Shown piece by piece: positions 26,706 through 34,663 of a DNA stretch of 64,000 nt (position 1 is its first letter; every line of letters begins with the position of its first letter). The stretch is from a virus (Duplodnaviria; Caudoviricetes), in IMG/VR virus record IMGVR_UViG_3300021387_001758, positions 14,388 through 78,387 of that record; one strand, 5' to 3'. The notes under the pieces are model-generated. The model was not told the origin of the DNA, made no database searches, and saw only the letters and a list, made by a program, of their open reading frames with translations. Position numbers and translations under genes: made by a program.

Positions 26706-26786
26706 TGGTGGAGTCGATGGGAATCGAACCCATGTCCGAAACACTGCACTTTGGCCTTGATGCCCCGTCGAAACCATTCCGACCCC
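26706..26786 (-). ncRNA. ssrA: Miniature tmRNA: tRNA-like domain only (81 nt)
   Basis: 5' GGGGTCGGAATGGTTTCGACGGGG and 3' TTTCGGACATGGGTTCGATTCCCATCGACTCCACCA; G3:U70 pair; short loop in place of the mRNA-like domain. Confidence 0.8.
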
Positions 26787-26844
26787 ATAGAAGAAGGAGC
26801 TGAACGCTCCTTTCTTATATACCATATAGACAATGGTACGTAGG

Positions 26845-27265
26845 TGGTGAAACCTAAGAAATAAAAAATGGTTTAATTCTGATTCCGTAAGGTGGGTCGC
26901 AGTATCCTTCTGCGACTAAACCAATAGGTTACTTTGCCTTCTTATTTGGTCAAGGTGCGTTTGCCACAAGGCCACATATCAATCAATGAAAGCATAGTCG
27001 AACTAACTAAATCTTATGAGACAATTGCCGGTGGTAGTTTACCTATTAAAATCCATGTTAACGCATCTGCTACTGACCATCTGAGTAGCGCAGGGCTTGA
27101 CTTACATCGGCTCAAGCATACCTTGGAGAATTTAAGAACTAATCCTCAACCGCAATTCTCCTTACGATTACGTTCCGTCCGTAGACAACGCTTAGCCAGA
27201 TTAGTAATTTGCTGAATTTATATCGTTAGTCAGCGACTCCGTACACGTTTAGGGTCGAGTAAAGA
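26845..27265 (-). ncRNA. Candidate structured ncRNA block (about 420 nt)
   Basis: No credible ORF; hairpins GCTTGA/TCAAGC, GCTACT/AGTAGC, GTCGCAG/CTGCGAC. Confidence 0.4.
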
Positions 27266-27269
27266 CCAA

Positions 27270-27344
27270 TGGTTGCGGAAGTAGGATTCGAACCTACGAC
27301 TTTTAGGTTATGAGCCTAAATTGCTACCGCTGCATCATTCCGCC
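27270..27344 (-). tRNA. tRNA-Met(CAT), 1:72 mismatch (initiator-like)
   Basis: Loop CTCATAA; G1:A72 mismatch. Confidence 0.85.
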
Positions 27345-27349
27345 ATAAA

Positions 27350-27735
27350 GGAACTTTGGACGCATCCTTAGTTCCTAGGCTTACTCCGAAGAGATAGGCC
27401 TCTATTCTTCATTTGCTACAACTTCGAGTTCGTTCCACGGATCCTTTCTCTATATTTCCGAAATTCTTGTGGTGATCAAATCCACGGTGAGTATTGTTGT
27501 ATCGCATCCGTCCCTTTCGGAGACGCGACCTGTTGCTTCAGGCGACTCTCTCATAGACATTGTTCCGGAACTGCCTATGTTGGATTGTTGTATTTTATTG
27601 CAAACGCACTCCCACTTTACTCAAGGCTTGTGACTTGCACGGCCTAAACCTCTGTTTAAGCTTGATGGCGTGGTTACGTTTAGCATCGAGAGGGGAGAAA
27701 AGGAAAGGAAGTAAGATTTATCTCCCCTCTCTTAA
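27350..27735 (-). ncRNA. Candidate structured ncRNA block (about 380 nt)
   Basis: Follows a TTGACA-N17-TATAAT promoter; 5' hairpin GAGAGGGGAG/CTCCCCTCTC; GNRA hairpin GTCTCC-GAAA-GGGAC. Confidence 0.4.
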
Positions 27736-27786
27736 CTTTCTATATATATTATAGCAAAGTTTTATAATTTTGTCAAAATTTCTTTC

Positions 27787-28017
27787 TTAGAGTGCGGCCC
27801 ACTCATTACAAGCATCATATCTATCGTCAGCTTGATCTTCCCAAGCGAACCGAATTCTCGCGCGAAGGTCTTCAATGTCCTGTGCGAGTTCACCGATGAT
27901 CCATTCATCATCTTCATCTCCACGACCCCTTGCATCCTCAAGTGCAAACTCGAACTCTTCTTCCTTCATTTCAAGTTCCTTCTGGAGCATTATCGGATCT
28001 TCATAGTCTCTATACAT
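27787..28017 (-). CDS. Small acidic hypothetical protein
   Basis: ORF with AGAAGG RBS. Confidence 0.6.
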   Translation of the reverse strand: MYRDYEDPIMLQKELEMKEEEFEFALEDARGRGDEDDEWIIGELAQDIEDLRARIRFAWEDQADDRYDACNEWAAL

Positions 28018-28210
28018 TTATAACCTTCTTTCTTAGTTTAATTTTGAGAGTTGAACGCGGCGTCTCGTTCGGATTAGTGGGAATTGAACCCTTGGCTCTT
28101 ACCTACCATAAGTTTTTAACTTCGAGCCTTCTCTTACTTTTTCCTCTCTCTTAACTTTCTATATATATTATATAAGAAAATTATAAATATTTCAAATTAT
28201 TTTTTATAAA

Positions 28211-28287
28211 TGGCGACGCTGACGGGACTCGAACCCGTGACCTTCAGCGTGACAGGCTGACATTCTAACCAACTGAACTACAGCGCC
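28211..28287 (-). tRNA. tRNA-Asp(GTC)
   Basis: Cloverleaf with CCA. Confidence 0.93.
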
Positions 28288-28347
28288 AAATAATGGGAGG
28301 GGTCCTACATCTCCCGCTTTTCCACAGAACAATTCTCTGGCAGGACC

Positions 28348-28421
28348 TGGAGCGGATAACGAGAATCGAACTCGTATTCTCAGCTTGGAAGGCTGACGCT
28401 CTACCATTAAACTACATCCGC
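28348..28421 (-). tRNA. tRNA-Gly(TCC)
   Basis: Cloverleaf with CCA. Confidence 0.93.
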
Positions 28422-28430
28422 ATATAAGTT

Positions 28431-28507
28431 TGGTACTGCGACTGAGACTCGAACTCAGAACCTACGGATTAGAAGTCCGTTGCGCTCTCCAATTACGCTA
28501 CCGCAGC
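28431..28507 (-). tRNA. tRNA-Arg(TCT)
   Basis: Cloverleaf with CCA. Confidence 0.92.
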
Positions 28508-28510
28508 ATA

Positions 28511-28585
28511 TGGCATAGGCTCAAGGACTTGAACCTCAATTAGTAGTTTTGGAGACTACCGTGCTACCAATTACACTAAGCCTAC
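28511..28585 (-). tRNA. tRNA-Trp(CCA)
   Basis: Cloverleaf with CCA. Confidence 0.92.
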
Positions 28586-28589
28586 ACAA

Positions 28590-28665
28590 TGGTGGAGAAT
28601 AGGAGACTCGAACTCCTGACCCCCTGCGTGCAAAGCAGGTGCTCTCCCATCTGAGCTAATTCCCC
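28590..28665 (-). tRNA. tRNA-Ala(TGC)
   Basis: Cloverleaf, G3:U70. Confidence 0.93.
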
Positions 28666-28671
28666 AAAAAA

Positions 28672-28747
28672 TGGTGCGGGTGACACGACTTGAACGTGCG
28701 GCCCCTTAGTCCCAAACCAAGCGCTCTACCAACTGAGCTACACCCAC
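28672..28747 (-). tRNA. tRNA-Pro(TGG)
   Basis: Cloverleaf with CCA. Confidence 0.92.
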
Positions 28748-28751
28748 AAAA

Positions 28752-28840
28752 TGGCGGAGGATGTAGGATTCGAACCCACGGGGCTTTCGCCACAACAGAT
28801 TTCAAGTCTGCGCCGTTATGACCAACTTCGGTAATCCTCC
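28752..28840 (-). tRNA. tRNA-Ser(TGA)
   Basis: Cloverleaf with long variable arm. Confidence 0.92.
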
Positions 28841-28843
28841 AAA

Positions 28844-28924
28844 TGGTGGGCAACCAGGGACTCGAACCCTGACCCGAAGACTAGTTCCTAAGACTAGCGC
28901 GCCTGCCAATTACGCCAGTTGCCC
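28844..28924 (-). tRNA. tRNA-Leu(TAG)
   Basis: Cloverleaf with variable arm. Confidence 0.92.
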
Positions 28925-28938
28925 AAATTAATTTTTAA

Positions 28939-29015
28939 TGGTGGGCATGGATGGATTTGAACCATCGACCTTCCGCTTATCAGACGGATGCGCTAACCAA
29001 CTGCGCTACACGCCC
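28939..29015 (-). tRNA. tRNA-Ile(GAT)
   Basis: Cloverleaf with CCA. Confidence 0.93.
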
Positions 29016-29018
29016 ACA

Positions 29019-29093
29019 TGGTAGGGGGAGAAGGAGTTGAACCTTCCTCAAACGCTTATAAGACGCTTAGACTAACCGATGTCCTATCCCCCC
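29019..29093 (-). tRNA. tRNA-Ile(TAT)
   Basis: Loop CTTATAA, A73, CCA. Confidence 0.85.
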
Positions 29094-29103
29094 GTCAGAT
29101 TTT

Positions 29104-29179
29104 TGGTGCGCCGCCCGAGACTCGAACTCGGCACGCCGTGATTAAAAGTCACGTGCTCTTCCTGATGAGCTAGCGGCGC
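29104..29179 (-). tRNA. tRNA-Lys(TTT)
   Basis: Cloverleaf with CCA. Confidence 0.92.
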
Positions 29180-29339
29180 ATAAATTCCCAGACGCTAATC
29201 TGAGAATTAAGTTTAATTTGTTAGCGCAAATTAAACTTTTTCGTGTTATTTCGGGAAACACCGAAAGCTATCTACTTCGTTGTAGCGTCACTTCCAAAAC
29301 CCGCTAGTACTAACTACTACATCTTTTACGATGTAGAAA

Positions 29340-29416
29340 TGGTGACGGTACACGGACTCGAACCGTGACTCTACAGGATGAAAACCTGTTGTGTTGACCT
29401 GTTACACTATACCGCC
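29340..29416 (-). tRNA. tRNA-Glu(TTC)
   Basis: Cloverleaf with CCA. Confidence 0.92.
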
Positions 29417-29480
29417 ATAACTTTCTTTTTTCATCGTATATATATTATATATAAAATTTTTCAGAAAATCAAATTATAAA

Positions 29481-29567
29481 TGGTGGAGGGAAGTGGATTT
29501 GAACCACTGAAGGCATAGCCAACGGATTTACAGTCCGCCCCTTTTGACCAGACTTAGGTATCCCTCC
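29481..29567 (-). tRNA. tRNA-Tyr(GTA)
   Basis: Cloverleaf with variable arm. Confidence 0.92.
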
Positions 29568-29576
29568 TTATTCTAA

Positions 29577-29651
29577 TGGGTGGATGTAACGGTAACGCTC
29601 CGTTGTCTCCTGGGCCACAACCAGGCGCTCTACTTTTGAGCTAACAACCAC
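29577..29651 (-). tRNA. tRNA-His(GTG) with G-1 and atypical T-loop
   Basis: Loop TTGTGGC, C73, T-loop AGCGTTA. Confidence 0.8.
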
Positions 29652-29656
29652 ATAAC

Positions 29657-29732
29657 TGGTGGCTTAGGGTGGAGTCGAACCACCGACGCGCGGATTTTCA
29701 GTCCACCGCTCTACCTCCTGAGCTACCAAGCC
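29657..29732 (-). tRNA. tRNA-Phe(GAA)
   Basis: Cloverleaf with CCA. Confidence 0.92.
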
Positions 29733-29736
29733 ACGA

Positions 29737-29812
29737 TGGTGCGCGATACAGGACTTGAACCTGTGACTTTCTGCTTGTAAGGCAGGTACTCTCCCAGCTG
29801 AGTTAATCGCGC
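29737..29812 (-). tRNA. tRNA-Val(TAC)
   Basis: Cloverleaf with CCA. Confidence 0.93.
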
Positions 29813-29815
29813 ATA

Positions 29816-29890
29816 TGGTACTCCGTGTAGGATTCGAACCCACGTAAACTGCATCCGTAGTGCAGCGCCCATCCTCTAGACCAACGGAGC
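29816..29890 (-). tRNA. tRNA-Arg(ACG)
   Basis: Cloverleaf with CCA. Confidence 0.9.
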
Positions 29891-29894
29891 AAAA

Positions 29895-29989
29895 TGGCGG
29901 GAAGAGAGGGATTCGAACCCTCGCGCCGTATCTCTACGACCTAATCGCTTAGCAGGCGATCCTCTTAAGCCAGACTTGAGTATCTCCCC
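29895..29989 (-). tRNA. tRNA-Ser(GCT)
   Basis: Cloverleaf with long variable arm. Confidence 0.92.
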
Positions 29990-30295
29990 TTATTTTCTAC
30001 GACAACATTTCTCCCAATAATTTAACCAATCTTCGAGAGTAGGATAGTTAGTATAAATATAACCACTCAAAGCCCAACTTTCGTATTCTCGCTTAGCTTC
30101 TTCTTTTGTCCAACGCCAGCAATAATCAGAAATATCATATGACTCTGTAATTCGCTTATAGTAGGACGGAGACTGCGCGCCGTCAGAATTTTTATTCATG
30201 CGTCTAACTCGTCTACTTGCAAGCTTTTTATTCTGATGTGTTGAGTTTCTTTTATGGTCATTAACCCAGGGATTTTTCTTATAGCTCCGAGACAT
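29990..30295 (-). CDS. Hypothetical phage protein (MSRSYKK family)
   Basis: ORF track; start at second Met. Confidence 0.65.
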   Translation of the reverse strand: MSRSYKKNPWVNDHKRNSTHQNKKLASRRVRRMNKNSDGAQSPSYYKRITESYDISDYCWRWTKEEAKREYESWALSGYIYTNYPTLEDWLNYWEKCCRRK

Positions 30296-30300
30296 TAAAC

Positions 30301-30807
30301 TCACTCCAATCTATGAATAAAATATACAATAGGACTATTATAAATCCATCCATAAAGATACCAAGGATCGTCCGCTTCTAGTTCTATGTCAGTTTCTATA
30401 GGGCCTCGTCCACATTTTTCCTGCCATTTTCCATTACGAAAAACTCGAAAATGAAAATCGGTAGAGATGTAGAAAGAGTCGTTATCATATAAACCGACTC
30501 TAAAAGCAATTAACTCCTCATTCTCTTTTTCCTTATACTGAGAAGGATTATCAATAAAAATTATCTCATCTCCAAAATCTTTATCTATTCCTTCAGTACA
30601 CCTATCTAAAAGCTCGATCAACAACTCATCTAAGGTGTAATCACCAGTATCCCAAAGATCATTCACAAAATCATCATTAGGCTCATCCATCCCATCATCG
30701 GGTTGGTACCATTCTTCAATGTTGAGGGCAAAGCTGCCGCAATTAGTATCTTTTTGATTTTTTCTAAAAAAATTTTTGTCTGTATTAGTCGTGTAGTATA
30801 AACTCAT
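30301..30807 (-). CDS. Hypothetical protein, possible papain/NlpC-like Cys-His fold
   Basis: TNCGSFALN...DFHFRV...W.EKCG pattern. Confidence 0.4.
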   Translation of the reverse strand: MSLYYTTNTDKNFFRKNQKDTNCGSFALNIEEWYQPDDGMDEPNDDFVNDLWDTGDYTLDELLIELLDRCTEGIDKDFGDEIIFIDNPSQYKEKENEELIAFRVGLYDNDSFYISTDFHFRVFRNGKWQEKCGRGPIETDIELEADDPWYLYGWIYNSPIVYFIHRLE

Positions 30808-31345
30808 TATATGCCTTCCTAAAATTAGCGTTCAGCAGCTTTAAGGTCTTCCGCACATCAATGGTGTCTTTAAAGTAAGTAGCTGCGTATCTTGCTCCTT
30901 CTTGACGAAGCATTTCTGCTCCTAAACATTCCTTACAAAAAACAAGATATTCCTCATAGTCCATATTCAGAAGGCGCGCTTCCAAAACATGATAGGAAAC
31001 CTTTAAAGTTGGAATGGGTATCTGATCGAAGTTATTTGTAATAATATATCTATCCTTGACTGTCGGGTGAGCATCCAAATAAAAAGCATCAATGTTAGGA
31101 TTGTACTTCGCATCGCAAGTCCACCTATCAATACTATCTTCCATGAAGTCGACTTTCGGCTCCGCGCCCAGTACGTGCCAATCAATCGGTTTCAGCTCTA
31201 CTTCTTCAATCGTAAAGTTGGGATCGATGTATCTTTTGACCGTACCTGGCGATCTACCCACTTCTTTCGCGACAGCGGAATAAGTATGGTATATAAGATA
31301 CAACTCATTCATTCTTTTTATTTCAGATTCAGTAACTCTTCCCAT
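30785..31345 (-). CDS. Hypothetical protein with N-terminal HTH
   Basis: TYSAVAKEVGRSPGTVKRY. Confidence 0.55.
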   Translation of the reverse strand: MGRVTESEIKRMNELYLIYHTYSAVAKEVGRSPGTVKRYIDPNFTIEEVELKPIDWHVLGAEPKVDFMEDSIDRWTCDAKYNPNIDAFYLDAHPTVKDRYIITNNFDQIPIPTLKVSYHVLEARLLNMDYEEYLVFCKECLGAEMLRQEGARYAATYFKDTIDVRKTLKLLNANFRKAYNEFILHD

Positions 31346-31539
31346 TACAGTCCTTTTTCATCCTTCCATCTTTTAAATCTTTCTGGAAGCTCCGCCCGCA
31401 TCAGGCAAGTCTGATCTTCCATCCTCAAATAACAATCGTTGCATGAGTTCCAAGCGTTCTGATTGCAGAAATTCGATACAATCTGCAGGGCTTCAACCAC
31501 CAACGAATTAGGTATCTCTTTCAAAGGTTTTCTCGGCAT
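31345..31539 (-). CDS. Small Cys-containing hypothetical protein
   Basis: ORF with RBS and promoter. Confidence 0.55.
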   Translation of the reverse strand: MPRKPLKEIPNSLVVEALQIVSNFCNQNAWNSCNDCYLRMEDQTCLMRAELPERFKRWKDEKGL

Positions 31540-31760
31540 ATTATTCTCCTCTCTTTCATTCTATATATATTATATAAAAAAATTATAAAAAAATCAATTT
31601 TTAAAAATTTTCCAAATCCCTTCCTTTTATTAATCGCGCGCCTGCGCACGCGTGATTTTATCATAATTTTATTTTTAATTCAAACTTTCTCATTTATAGG
31701 AATTTTGATTTTCCAAGAAAAATTTGATATAATATATATAGAATTAGAGGAGGTTTAGAA

Positions 31761-32132
31761 ATGTCTGATTATGATTTATATGATAAAATAGTGGCTAGAA
31801 CTCTTCAAGAATTTATTTGTAAAGGTGTTAATGGCGGAGCTGCTATTAACAACTATACAGAAAGAGAGCATAATAAGTTCTTTATTGAAGTAGGCAAAAT
31901 GGCTAGTCATATAATGAAAATGTCCTTCTATGTCCAGATGGGGTGGTTTTCATTTATTATTTATAAGTTAAGTAACTGGAGATTAATGAAAGGAGTCAAA
32001 CGCTACCATGAATCAAAGGGAATAAAATTAATATCGGTTACAGCATTAACTAATCAAATTAAAGAAGAGTTTAATTTAGAGGATGACACTATTTTCCAAG
32101 ATATTTATGAGGAGTATTACAATATCAAATGA
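31761..32132 (+). CDS. Hypothetical protein
   Basis: GGAGG RBS, sigmaA promoter. Confidence 0.65.
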   Translation: MSDYDLYDKIVARTLQEFICKGVNGGAAINNYTEREHNKFFIEVGKMASHIMKMSFYVQMGWFSFIIYKLSNWRLMKGVKRYHESKGIKLISVTALTNQIKEEFNLEDDTIFQDIYEEYYNIK

Positions 32133-32617
32133 GTAAATACGAAATGTGGGTTGATGGTTCCACAAAGAATAACGGACAAGAAGACACTTACGGCGGCTGG
32201 GGCGTTTATTGCCTTAAAGATGGAGAGTATGAGGTTTCTTGGAATGGTGGATCTTATGATACTACCAACCAGAGAATGGAACTAACTGCCGCGGTTGAAG
32301 CTACAAAGATGTTTCACAGAAGTAAGGAGAAAGAAGATAAATTAGTTATCTATACCGATAGTGCCTATCTTTATAATTGTTGGAAAGAAAGATGGTATAA
32401 AAAATGGGTTGAAAAGAAATGGCTTAATTCAAAGTCTCAACCTGTAGCTAATCGTGATTTGTGGGAACTATTAATTCCTTTCTTCAAAGATAAATCAATT
32501 CGTTTCGTTAAAGTTAAAGGTCATGCCGATAATGAGGGTAATATTGAAGCTGATCGACTGGCCACGGAAGCAGCAGCAAGAGTGGAGGCTTTTGAGAATG
32601 AAAATCGTAGTAATTAA
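32129..32617 (+). CDS. rnhA: Ribonuclease HI
   Basis: VDGS, TNQRMELTAA, IYTDSAY, KVKGH and GNIEADRLA motifs. Confidence 0.92.
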   Translation: MSKYEMWVDGSTKNNGQEDTYGGWGVYCLKDGEYEVSWNGGSYDTTNQRMELTAAVEATKMFHRSKEKEDKLVIYTDSAYLYNCWKERWYKKWVEKKWLNSKSQPVANRDLWELLIPFFKDKSIRFVKVKGHADNEGNIEADRLATEAAARVEAFENENRSN

Positions 32618-33185
32618 TGGACAAGGCGGCGCAGGTAAAGACACATTTGTAAACTTTTGTAAAGAAGGTGAAAGAGATATTTTTATCCATAACTATTCAA
32701 TGGTAGATTTTGTGAAAATGATTGCAAAGGAATGTGAATGGGATGGAGAAAAGACTCAAAAAGCAAGACGTTTTCTTTCTGATCTTAAAGACGCTATGGC
32801 GAGATATAATGATATGCCTTTTTATTTCGTAGTAGAAGAGATCGAAAGAGCTTTATATGATTATAGGTCTTATGATATTGATACTAAAGATTTAGTTATC
32901 TTTATCCATGCGCGCGAGCCTGAAGACATTAGAAGATGGGTTAAAGATTTTAAAGCAAAAACACTTTTAATCCATCGTTCAAGTGAAGAGATTTTTAAGA
33001 ATCATGCCGACCAAGAAGTATACACGATAGATTATGACTATACGATTGTCAACAACGAAGATTTAGAAAGCTTGAAAAAGAAAGCAAAAGAATTTATTAC
33101 AAATATCAGAAAAGAAAATTGGGAAAGTGCAGGATATAATGAATTTTTTGAACTAATGCAGGAAAGGAGATTTGGTAGTAAATGA
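32598..33185 (+). CDS. P-loop (deoxy)nucleoside monophosphate kinase-like protein
   Basis: VINGQGGAGKDT Walker A; R..L..LKD; H.RE. Confidence 0.7.
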   Translation: MKIVVINGQGGAGKDTFVNFCKEGERDIFIHNYSMVDFVKMIAKECEWDGEKTQKARRFLSDLKDAMARYNDMPFYFVVEEIERALYDYRSYDIDTKDLVIFIHAREPEDIRRWVKDFKAKTLLIHRSSEEIFKNHADQEVYTIDYDYTIVNNEDLESLKKKAKEFITNIRKENWESAGYNEFFELMQERRFGSK

Positions 33186-34276
33186 CAATGATGATTGACG
33201 GTATTGATTTTCATAATATTGATATTATGAAATATTGGAGTTTTCCTTCTACTTGGGAGCAAGAGAAGAAAAAGAAAACAGTTAATGAAAGAGTTTTCAG
33301 CGGCGAGTGGTACGGCGCGCTTAAGCGTGATGGAGCGTTTTATAAATTTACCAAAGATATGGATGGCAATATGGAACTGACCGGCCGCAGTAAAAGTGTG
33401 AGTGGGGACTATCTTAATAAGTATGATTGGGTTCCTCATCTTCATAGCTTTTTTGAAAGTCTTCCGAATGGGACTTGCTTTCTTGGAGAACTCTACCTAC
33501 CAAGTAAAGAAGAAGCAAAATCCACAACTTCTATAATGAATTGCCTTGTTAATAAGGCAATTAAGCGTCAAGAGAAAGAGCCTCTTCGTTACTATATCTT
33601 TGATGTACTTGCCTGGGGAGGTAAATCTTATATAGACGTTCCGGCTCTGGTTCGTTTCGACCAGCTAAATGAATGTTGGAAAACGTATGGAGAAGACTTC
33701 TATGAATGGGCGGAATATTTTTCTGGAAAAGAATTGTGGCACTGGCTTCAGATGTATTTGGAAAGAGGCTTGGAAGGAATTGTAATTACAAAGGGTGACG
33801 CGCCATATCGTCCTGGTAAGCGCCCATCGAAAGAAACTCTTAAAATTAAGAAAGAGCTTCAAGATACTATTGATTGTATTATAATTGGGGCGAATCCGCC
33901 TACAAAAGAATATACTGGTAAAGAGATTGAAAGCTGGGAATATTGGTATAATGAACAGACCAATACAAAGATCAATAAGAATATGTATAAGTCCTACGCT
34001 GAGGGCGCGCCAGTGATTCCAGTTACGAAAAACTGGTATTATGGTTGGGCAGGATCGCTTAAGCTTGGAATGTATAAAGATGGAAAGGTGGTTCAAGTTG
34101 GTAATCTTTCCGGAATAAGTGATGATATTAAAGAGAATTGGAAAGATTATGTAGGTCAGGTTGCGGAAGTAGCTGCGATGGAGATCATGGATACTGGTGG
34201 TATCCGACATCCTAAGTTCGTCCAGTTTAGACCAGACAAAGACCCCAAAGATTGTGTATATGAGAATTTGAAATAA
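33182..34276 (+). CDS. ATP-dependent DNA ligase
   Basis: KRDG adenylation motif, GELY, FDVL, EGIVIT, LKIK, RHPKFVQFRPDK. Confidence 0.88.
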   Translation: MTMMIDGIDFHNIDIMKYWSFPSTWEQEKKKKTVNERVFSGEWYGALKRDGAFYKFTKDMDGNMELTGRSKSVSGDYLNKYDWVPHLHSFFESLPNGTCFLGELYLPSKEEAKSTTSIMNCLVNKAIKRQEKEPLRYYIFDVLAWGGKSYIDVPALVRFDQLNECWKTYGEDFYEWAEYFSGKELWHWLQMYLERGLEGIVITKGDAPYRPGKRPSKETLKIKKELQDTIDCIIIGANPPTKEYTGKEIESWEYWYNEQTNTKINKNMYKSYAEGAPVIPVTKNWYYGWAGSLKLGMYKDGKVVQVGNLSGISDDIKENWKDYVGQVAEVAAMEIMDTGGIRHPKFVQFRPDKDPKDCVYENLK

Positions 34277-34277
34277 A

Positions 34278-34309
34278 AAAAAAGAGAGGATATAACTCCT
34301 CTCTTTTTT
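34278..34309. terminator. Bidirectional intrinsic terminator
   Basis: A-tract, GAGAGG/CCTCTC hairpin, T-tract between convergent genes. Confidence 0.8.
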
Positions 34310-34321
34310 ATTACTCAGTTT

Positions 34322-34648
34322 TTATTCAGTAACTTCGTCTTCTTCCTCTACCTCTGGAAGCTCCACATCATCTAAGTCATCAATGTAGACTGTGTCTCCG
34401 CCTTCAATGAGCTGCTTAAACACCTGATGAAGTCCAGTAGAAGCCAAACCAGTTACTGCGCCGGCGCCAACACTCATAAGAGTAATTTCTTGCTTAGCTA
34501 CACAACCAAGAATAGCACCAAGAACTAACATAATTGTAGGAATCCATTTGTCATCAGCTGGAACCCATTTCTTAAAAACAAATCCCACACAAAGACAAAT
34601 AACTAATACGATAGGGATATATAAATCCTTAATAAAACTTAAATCCAT
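34322..34648 (-). CDS. Holin
   Basis: Multiple TM segments; KWIP...GLASTGLHQ..KQ holin motif; adjacent to cell-wall hydrolase. Confidence 0.8.
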   Translation of the reverse strand: MDLSFIKDLYIPIVLVICLCVGFVFKKWVPADDKWIPTIMLVLGAILGCVAKQEITLMSVGAGAVTGLASTGLHQVFKQLIEGGDTVYIDDLDDVELPEVEEEDEVTE

Positions 34649-34663
34649 TATACTACGCCTCCA

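Noticed and set aside
26672-26833. N-terminal extension of ORF 26423-26833 through the mini-tmRNA
   Set aside because: A good RBS precedes the ATG at 26671; the upstream SD-like sequence is too distant and sits in a hairpin
26845-27735. RNase P RNA or a third group I intron
   Set aside because: No GAGGAAAGTCC P4 motif and no P/Q/R/S elements found
28030-28110. tRNA-like fragment (GGGTTCAATTCCC T-arm)
   Set aside because: No acceptor or anticodon stems or CCA; at most a remnant
18775-29470. Additional CodY-like matches in promoter regions (about 18783, 25281, 29456)
   Set aside because: Two mismatches each in very AT-rich promoter spacers; not distinguishable from chance without a PWM test
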